A program made the position numbers and the translations under genes. DNA of 64,000 nt. Source: the human T2T-CHM13v2.0 reference genome, Homo sapiens. Location of the stretch: NCBI RefSeq assembly GCF_009914755.1, contig NC_060928.1; one strand, 5' to 3'. The notes beneath the pieces are model-generated. The model had not been told where the DNA came from, searched no databases, and saw only the letters and a list, made by a program, of their open reading frames with translations. Position 1 is the stretch's first letter. Every line of letters starts with the position of its first letter. Positions 54,097 through 64,000 of the stretch are shown in pieces.

Positions 54097-54224
54097 AATA
54101 AGATAGACCTGGGAAACTGTCAAGATGAAAAACAAGACAGAAGATGGAAGAAATCATTCCAGGGAGATGACAGTGACTTATTGCTGAAGACTAGGGAAAG
54201 TGATCGACTGGAGGAGAAGGGCAG
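54097..54224 (+). CDS. LIMCH1: Exon, 128 nt, phase 0-2 ([10 protein letters not shown]…LEEKGS)
   Basis: tttttctccttag| acceptor; CAG|gtatga donor. Confidence 0.94.
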
Positions 54225-54424
54225 GTATGAGCCCATCCCAAGCCACCATGAAAATGTACAAAGCTGGGCTCTGCTCGTGCACGCTCAGGAAGGGTACTCA
54301 TTGCTGATGCAAATTACATTCAGCTTCGAAATGAATGTTCCAGTAATACATTACATATTGTTTGGACATATTTTGTAATAGGTCTAAAATCAGTGCCCTT
54401 ATCTTTTGAATATAAATAGCCTTA

Positions 54425-54740
<316 letters not shown>

Positions 54741-55618
54741 TAAATAGCCTTATTTTTAAATAGGCAAACTCTTTTTTAAACAAAGGGGGGCAGTATCAGT
54801 CTTCAAAAGCTGATTCAAAGCCCCAAACCTAAATATTACTCACTTGAAATGATGAATGTGTCTGGAGTGATAGAAATTGAAATGAGAACCTGGGGTCCCA
54901 CCACTGTGGTTTCACTGTGGACCTGAAGTTGGCCATTATTATCCCCTGAGCTGTAAGAAATCATGTTTGCTCTGGTGATAATATAAAGCATAACCAACTA
55001 ATTAACTGGTTATGGGTAGTCTCCCCACCCATGCTCTACTGTGTTCCATGGAAGATCAGAAAAGGACAGCTAGAGACCCCCTGGAGCGCTCAAAACTAGC
55101 TCATACTGGAGCAGACTCTGGTTGTGGCTGAGGGTTGTAATGGGTTTATTCATGCCACCCCACCCCATCCCTTACCTAGAAGGGACCCACAGAAAGCCCA
55201 AGAAGCTGGCAGTGCTCTGCCACCAACATGTTCTTCATGAGAAAGATGTTTTCCTCTGGGGCTCTGAGTTACCAGATAGGTATTGGCAAGAGTGCATGCA
55301 TGTGCACACACACAGCATACCAGAGGGATCTGAGGCATGAAAGGCTAAGTGTCATTTTCAAAGACTGGCCAACTTGAAAGGTTGGCTGGGAGCAGAGCTT
55401 TCCTGGTGGGATTTTGCTCTGAGAATTCTCCTATGCTCATCAGCTAGAAGACTGGTTAAATTGTAAGCTACAGGTGCTCAGGGCTATGTCCAGAAACTGT
55501 AGAGCCCTTGGATGACTTTCCAGTTTAAACTCTTTAAAGGGACTTTTCAGTTTTATGCAATGAAAACCACTAGTCAGGAAGATCTGAATGATGCTGATAA
55601 GCTATTTACAAAATGTAC

Positions 55619-56544
55619 AAAAAATGTAACTTTACAGAAAACCTTTGACCTTCATTTTTGCAATTTTTTGCATTTTTGCAATTTCTCCAGACAGGCATTT
55701 TACATGAATTTTAGCTAGTTCTCCAGGCGGTCCCTGTTTTCACCAGAAAAACTTTCCTTTTATCTCCTCCATCTGTTCATTCTTTGCACACAGAAGCCAC
55801 TGAAAGGCCAGTGAGTTACCATGGTCTTCAAAGGTTCCATGTGGCTAAATTATTTTTACAGTAAGTGCTCTCTTGTGAACATCAGGTTAGCTCTGGCATT
55901 CCTTGAAATTATTAGAATGAAGACCTTTGTGGACAGAGAAGGCATCAGAAATGATAGTTTGTTGAGCTTGTTAAATGGGTGGATAATAGAAATTTGTAGT
56001 ACTTTATCATTTTAAATCTATTTTAAAATAGAATAAATAAAGAGTCCCATCTCTTTTTTTATATTGTAATTGGTACTCCCATCCTTTAAGTTATAGGACC
56101 AAGAAGTTCGATTCAGTTACTTTTCTCTCTGCTCTGAAGTATACCTCTTTATTTTAACAGCCTAACTGAAGGGGCCTTGGCTCATTCTGGGAACCCTGTA
56201 TCAAAAGGAGTCCATGAAGACCATCAGCTGGATACCGAGGCTGGGGCCCCACACTGTGGAACAAACCCACAGCTTGCTCAGGGTAAGAATGGAGAAGACC
56301 AGTTTCATTCAATGTTTAAATTGTTGTAAGACCCCCACATTGTCCAGAAAGCTATGATCTCTGCTGGCTGCAGGCTTCTCTCTAAGGGCCCTGGACTTCT
56401 AGCTTATGCCCAATATATAGTGAATAAACTTCTACCATCGTGTGCTCAGACTCTATAGGAACTTGCTGGGGACTCAGTGAGACCTGAGAGCGTGTTCGCA
56501 CTTAAAAAAAAAATGTAACTTTACAGAAAACCTTTGACCTTCAT
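55619..56544. repeat. Perfect 37-bp dispersed direct repeat (55619-55655 and 56508-56544)
   Basis: AAAAAATGTAACTTTACAGAAAACCTTTGACCTTCAT occurs twice, 889 bp apart. Confidence 0.92.
56161..56282 (+). CDS. LIMCH1: Exon, 122 nt, phase 2-1 ([10 protein letters not shown]…NPQLAQ)
   Basis: ttttattttaacag| acceptor; AGG|gtaaga donor. Confidence 0.94.
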
Positions 56545-57473
56545 AAGTAGTGCATTCTGAGACTTCCTCAAATTCCCAATTCCACCATTGGACATAATCT
56601 CCCCATAAAATGCTTATGGAGGAGTGGAATCCCCAAAGCCGGGTGAGATGTGGGTGCTGGAATGTTGGGAAGGTCCCATCGGTTCCCATTGCCATTTCAC
56701 CCTCATTCCCACCTGTGTCTCCCACGCTCCTGGCTCACCATAGCAAAATTCAAATGTATTCCTCGCAAAAATGATCAAATTCTACATGCCGAGGGTCTTC
56801 AGGATCATTCCTAGATAACTGAAACTTCAAATGTTGAATGATATAAAGAGGAGGAGTGAGCTAAGAGGATGAAAGAATGACCCTGGTAAATGTTTTATTG
56901 CCAAAGCAAATCTGGCTGACCAAATAAATATTTTTTAATGGTGGAATTAACGAATTTTGCCTTAAATTTTTTAGCTTGTTGTCTATACACATATTTACCT
57001 GGGTTTGATTATAATACATAAGCATAGATTTGTGCGTGTTCCCAAATGGAGATATCCTGCAAGCTGAATACCATTCAGGTGCCCTATGGATTTAAACCAC
57101 ATCACAGTTGGTGTGATCCATGAGTCAGAGAAAGCAATGGGTGTTTACTGTGTTTTAGAAATGATGTTCCAGGTTATAATTGCATCCACCCAGATTTGCT
57201 TTCTTTCATGCATAAGAAGTCAGTATTTTAAAGTACTGTTTTATGACATCAGAAATCAGCGAGGGGAAAGGGCATGGTTCCTGACCTCCTTTGTTTCCAA
57301 AACTAAATCATGATGCAGTGATTTAAGTGGCCTCTCTAACCACCATGTGCCCATGACCTGCATGAAATCGCTATAAAACCTCAACAGGCATTAGCACTTT
57401 AAAGAAAGGTGACTTCCTAGGTAGTAAGGTGATTTTACTGTGCACTACATTTATGTTCTTTAATTGGCCTCAG

Positions 57474-57594
57474 ATCCATCCCAGAATCAGCAGACATCAA
57501 ATCCAACGCACAGTTCAGAAGATGTGAAGCCAAAAACCCTCCCGCTGGATAAAAGCATTAACCATCAGATCGAGTCTCCCAGTGAAAGGCGGAA
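57474..57594 (+). CDS. LIMCH1: Exon, 121 nt, phase 1-2 ([10 protein letters not shown]…SPSERRK)
   Basis: ggcctcag| acceptor; GAA|gtgagt donor. Confidence 0.94.
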
Positions 57595-59603
57595 GTGAGT
57601 AACCAGACACGATGGTTGTGGGATTCCCTTTTTTAAAAATTCATTTAGTTAGAAGGGAGAAGAATGAAAAATGTGAGATGGCAAGAGGACAGCAGCATTT
57701 TTGTGCTTTCTCTCCATTAAATCTCATTGACAAGGTAGTCAATATAAATGGAAGTTTGGGTCAGTCTTTCTGGCAAGTAAATATGTACTCTGAATTTATC
57801 AAGTTGTAATAGGCAAAGTTATGTTTTTAGCCCACAAATTTAAACATTGGAAAGCAGGTGCAGGCCTGTTGTGTTTGTAATTCATTTGAGTTAAATTGCC
57901 TCAGAGCCTGTGGACAAAGTTTCGTTCAAGGAAAAAAATGTTATTCTCTCATTATTATGCTCTCCTGTAAGGTAATTACCTGAGCTGTAATTTAATTTTG
58001 TAAGAAAGTATTTTTGACAATAATAGTTTCTATCGTGTTTGAACCATTTCAATATAATAGGCACTCTGTTGAAGAGTTTACATATATTTCTCTCCTTTTC
58101 ATCCATTAACTCACTGAACCCTTCCAATAACTTAATGAGATTGTTCCTGCCATTTTACAGACAATAAAATTGAGGCTCAGGGAAGTTAAATAACTTATCC
58201 AAATTATTTAACTGATTAAGTAGTAGAGGAATTCAAAATGAACCCTCAGTTTCACGTAAGATCATATTTGAGCCAGAGATACCTTATAACCCAATGTTTA
58301 AAATGTTAACATTCATAGTACTGTAACCAATCATTCTACCTAGAGCCAGACTACCTCCATTCAGATTTTGACTCAGCCACTTGCCTACATTGGACCTTGA
58401 GCAAATTACTTAACCTTTCTCTGCCTCGTTTATAAAATGGGAATGACAATAGTCCCTACCTCATAGGGTTTTGTGCCTGGCTAATAGTAAGTGTAGGTGA
58501 TGATGATGATAACTTGTTTTGTAAGAGAAAAATATTTATTGTCTTATTTTTCTTGTTACATTTTCCTTTTTCCCAGTGCAATATTTGAACCATTTCCTGT
58601 TTCTCTTATGTCTATCCAGTTTCATTTCTATTTGTCTGTATGACACTCAGAATCAATAGAAGCTAAAATTGGCTAGAAGTAATCACTATTGTTATTGATT
58701 ATTGCAGTGATGTTTAATCTTTTTTAAAGCATTGGTACTTATACTTTAGGGTGTTACATGAAAATGTGATATTTGGAGAAGACAAGCATTCCCTGGCGAG
58801 GGAGGTTTGGGTGGGAAGCGGGATCAGGGAGTTATGCTGAAAGCGGAAGACACATGGACTCCCACGCTGTTCGCTTCTGTGCTGGTATTTTTCTTTCCCT
58901 TGTTCTTTTCTGTGTTCTACCCCTTTTCTTTACAAATGATATTAACTTTTAAAAGCAAGAGCCCAGAGCTGATGGCTTAATCACAGGCAGGGCTCACGTA
59001 CAACCGTTCTAGTAGCTTCTAGCTGGGGGCTATTCTGACTTGTTGATGCCCACGACATATCAGTTGTTACATGTTTTGAACATGACCCTTCATCCCACGT
59101 ATCCATAATGAATTTGTTGATAAGGGAAGTCACTGAAAATAGCTCCTTTAAGTTCTGCCCTTTATCTCTGGGCTCTCCTTGAAGATCTGCCCTGGATCCC
59201 TCCTCATCTTTCCCCTTCCACGGAGTCCATCGTTTTTATATCTAATTAGCATGCCAAAGCAGTTTGGCTAGCAACTTTTAAAAAACAACCTGGCAATTTT
59301 AGCGAATGAAGAAATTAACTAAAAATAAAGATTATAAAAAATTCTGTCTTTTCTGTTCAGCAATGCCAGCATGCCAGCCTGGTTTTGATTTTATGTAGCT
59401 AATACATGTACAATTCTTGCTAGACATTATTACTATTTTTGTTCATTAAAAAAAAAAATACTGCCAGGAAATGCTGTGGTCTTTGATTTGGTTGTCACAA
59501 AAGTTTTATTTTATTTTATTTTCCTAATCTAAAATGTCTTTTTTTAATGGAGTTTGGCTTCTCTTTGCTTGTCATAATTTTTGACTCCTTTACCACATTA
59601 CAG

Positions 59604-59681
59604 GAAAAGTCCCCGAGAGCACTTCCAGGCTGGGCCTTTCTCTCCCTGTTCTCCCACCCCTCCCGGTCAGTCACCAAACAG
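59604..59681 (+). CDS. LIMCH1: Cassette-type exon, 78 nt, phase 2-2 ([26 protein letters not shown])
   Basis: ttacag| acceptor; CAG|gtacaa donor; frame-neutral. Confidence 0.88.
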
Positions 59682-61290
59682 GTACAAGAGGTCAGCAGGC
59701 CTTTCTGAGGCTGCTTTGTTATGACTAGAGCTTGCCAAGCATCATTTCAACTGAATTAGTGCTTGCCAAATGATTTTGAGGGATGTGTCCATCCACATCT
59801 CTTCCTACACACACACAGAGGCAAAAGGAAAGAGAACATTGTCCATCTGCCTGCAGATTTATCAGCTGCAATAGAAAAAGTCAGGCCTGTGACATTGGTG
59901 CCGCTATGGCCATAGGGCTTTAATTACATTGTGTGGAACCTCCAATCTAATAATAAAATCCACCAGACAACCGCTGGGCTCCAAAGCTGGCGCCTTTCCC
60001 TTCAAGAGGGCTAAGCCCTTCTAGGCGGGATCCACTGATGGCTCTTACAGAGAACCAGGAGGAGGCTGACAAACGAAACTTCATCCTTCTAACCTACTCC
60101 AGCTCTCTAATGATGACTTCTGGACATTAGCTGGGCCCCATGATATTTTTAAAAGCCGCCTGAATTCCCGTTCCCTGGAGAGACAAATTACTGAGTGCTC
60201 AGAGATTTTCTTTGATGTAGAAATTTCATTTAACTACTGGATAAGAGGGAAATCCTAATAAATAGCATTTGATTGGGGAACTCTTCCTCTTTTCTACTGT
60301 CTTCCTTTCTGTTTCTCCTGTCCCTCTGTATCCTGCTGGTTTTCAAATGATATTGCATATTTTTAAATTCCTTGTGTAATTCCAAGAGTTTCTCAGACAT
60401 TTGGCATCATTGCAATGTGATCTTAGTTATATAAAAGCTGCCTTTCAGAGGACAGCTATCTAGTTTCAGATGGGTTGCTGAAGGTGTCCTCAAGGTATCC
60501 TCTCACCTGGTTTTGCTCTGCTGGTTTGGTTCCAGTCCATTGCTGGGCACTGTACTGGGTGCTGCAGGGGTACAGAGAGGAGGTAGATGCAGTCCTGCCC
60601 TCAAGAGGCTTCCAGTTTAGAGAGAAGGCAAGTGCCTTCATTCACAGAGTGTTTGCACTGGAAGAAATTGTAGAGATAATCTGGTCCAATCCTTTCATAT
60701 TAAAAGGTGAAAGAGAAACCCAGAGTTAGTTTATTACACCAGATCAGAGAACTTGGCGACAGAGCAGACATTAGATCTCACCTCTCCGGGCCCTCTGTCT
60801 AGTCTGCTGTATCACAGGTGATTATTTCCAAACAAAAATGTTGTTTTCTTAATAAGTAAAAAGAAATGCTATAGTGGACCAGTGAACCACTTATGGGAAA
60901 TTTAAAAGCAATATTGAAACCCCAGGAAAGCGAAACTCAGTTATCTTTTAGGACTTATAAAAAAAAGTATGATAAATATATTGAATCATGTTGAGGCATT
61001 TGAATAGACTACAACACAAACTTCTTGAAACAAATAACCTAATAACTTAAACACACGCACCAGATTCAGTACCACAGTGGAGACCCAGTATATTTAGTCT
61101 GGCAGTTGTTTGCCATTTATATCTAATGTTTAATCTCCTATTCATCATCAGTTCTGTCATTCTCATTTCATTCATGATATAGGCATCTTAAAAATCCATA
61201 TTTTCATTTTTGCATGAGGTTACATGTCTGTGTGTTTGACCAGGTATTCTAAACTGAAGTTTTTATTCTTATGTATATTTTTAAACCTAG

Positions 61291-61399
61291 GTCTATAAGT
61301 GGAAAGAAGCTGTGCTCTTCCTGTGGGCTTCCTTTGGGTAAAGGAGCTGCAATGATCATCGAGACCCTCAATCTCTATTTTCACATCCAGTGTTTCAGG
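61291..61399 (+). CDS. LIMCH1: Exon, 109 nt, phase 2-0; first zinc finger of the C-terminal LIM domain (C-x2-C…H-x2-C)
   Basis: aacctag| acceptor; AGG|gtacgt donor; [36 protein letters not shown]. Confidence 0.96.
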
Positions 61400-63146
61400 G
61401 TACGTACTTACTGCTTTGCTCTCCAGACACAACTTCATGATGTCTTTTGGCATCGTTCCGTGCTGAAAAATGCCTCTTGGAAATTCTGGAGGGCTTTGTC
61501 TGTGAGGTCTCACTGTCTAGGTTGTATAGACATTCCTTCAGAATGAAACTCACCTATCACGAATCCCTCTGGGATGTCAGATTAGAAGAAGCAGAAAGGT
61601 TTGTGCAATTTGTCCTTACAAAACAGTTTTTGTTGCTAAAGAACATATACTCCAGCAGGAGGCTGAGAATGGGATGCTGGGGAGGATGATGCTCTTCCAA
61701 ATCTTTTAGGGCCATGTGGATTTATTTGGAATGTAATGTCTATGCTGTTTCTTAAACTCTTATGACTTAATGTGAAAGGGTTTTAGTCTTTGACCTAGTG
61801 GAAAATTGTCTGTCAATTAAGTGGCTAGTTAGAAAATTGTAGGTCTCAGAATGAATATGTCTGTAATCTTAGATTAAATATCACTCCCTCAAAAAAGCTG
61901 CCCTGCCCACCCAGACTAAGTTATCTTTGTTATAGGTCCTTATAGAACCTTTCTTGGTCCTTATTACTGATTATTGGATTATTTAAATATTATCTCCTCT
62001 AATAAACTCCGTAAGGGCAGGGACCATGTCTGTCTTGGTTACCATTCTTTCCTCTCTACCTAGCAGAGTAGGTGTCAATAAATATTTTTACGTGAATGAA
62101 TTAGTGAATAAACTGAAAATGAGGAGTTCTAGATTCTAGTCCCAGATCTCTTGGTAATAAGTAGGTGAGTTAACCAGTTATACCTGATTTATTATGAAAT
62201 TTATAAGCTGGACTATATCAGCATATCCTGTATTTTCCACTCATGGACACATTTCAAAATAATATATAATTTTTGAAGGCGAACCCTCTGTCTCTAAGGA
62301 GGAGTAATTTCTTGGTCTGCATAATCCTAACATACTTTCTTTTCCCTTCTTGGATTTTCTTTTATTTCTTGTTGGTAGTTTCCTTGGCTATGAAGTAAAT
62401 TTGCCTGGGTTTAAAATAACTCCCACTTTGCCTATAAGCTAAGAGAAAGTCAGTGAAGTTGTCCCCAAATTACTAATTTAATAATAACAGTAATCACTTG
62501 AAAGCAAGATTTATCATAGACAAAACACAGCATAGATACTTATTTTAGATTTCATTTATCAAAAGTATTAGAATGAGACCAGAGTTTCCTAAGTTTTATT
62601 TTATTTCTATAGAGAACCATTCCACAAAGGACAAGCAAAAATATTCTCGTTGTAAAGATTAACCTAGATAATGTATGTCCTAAATGGTCTAGGGATGTTT
62701 TGAGGCTCAAGGAATATGCTTTTTAAGATTTGTAGTTATGCCAAGATAATATGCATTCTGAGAACACTGCATTCTGTTCTCAGAAACTTTATGAGGACTA
62801 GAAATAAGCAAGGTGGTAAGGGCTCTTTGCAGATTCTCAAGGGTCAGGAGACTTGCCTTCTTAACTCTCAAGGCCTTTATTCACTCTAATCATTCACTTC
62901 CTGGAGCTGGCCTGATGCTTTAAGGTACATCCCCTCTTGGATTTATTCCCCACTCTTGCAATGTAGAGGCAGCTTATGACATAATTTGGATTAAGCCTCA
63001 CTCTGTCCCAGGTCACCTTAGAGCATGAATTAGGGGCTAGATCCTGGTCCCCCTGCAAGAGGCTGGCACCCACACCAACTTCCACTGCCTTTCTACCCTT
63101 CTGGTACAAACATCCAAGTATATCCTACAGTCTCTTTCTGCACTCA

Positions 63147-63682
<536 letters not shown>

Positions 63683-64000
63683 TTAATGTGTTTAAAATGG
63701 TTCTTCCATTTTGATTGAGAAACGGTGTATGATAGAGGTTAAGACGCTAGGCTTTGGAGTCAACCTGCTACCACTTATCAGCTCCACAACCTAGGAACAA
63801 GCCAACAAACCTCACTGAACCAGTGTCCTTCTCTGTAAAATGCAAGGAATTAAGCTAAAATTGCTAACTGTATATTTGCTTTTGCTGTAAGTTGACACTG
63901 GTGCAGCATCTTACACATAATAGATGCTCCACAAATGTGGTGATTGTAGAAGGGATTATTGTGCTATTCACATAAACAGTAACTAAGCATTAGAAAGAAA

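Overview
Primate (very probably human) genomic DNA lying entirely inside one + strand gene, LIMCH1 (LIM and calponin homology domains 1). The identification comes from recognising the translated exons, not from a database search. I trace 22 coding exons by GT-AG boundaries, with reading frame continuous across every junction. They run from a frame-symmetric cluster of alternative exons (1236-5552) through the DUF4757/coiled-coil region to the first half of the C-terminal LIM domain (61291-61399); the start and stop of the gene lie outside the window. Introns hold many Alus, Tigger-derived MITEs (MER2, Tigger4/MER46, MER47), MaLR LTRs (MLT1, THE1), L1 3' ends, MIRs and microsatellites. There are no prokaryotic systems, CRISPR arrays, rRNA or tRNA genes, and I see no convincing new biological system. 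The best leads are an in-frame 75-nt cassette exon (42482-42556), a candidate 39-nt microexon (47919-47957), a repeated peptide module in the alternative exon cluster, a perfect non-repeat 37-bp direct repeat bracketing an exon, a chimeric Alu with a 47-bp internal duplication, an AT-rich palindrome, an intragenic CpG island and several splicing or TF motif clusters.
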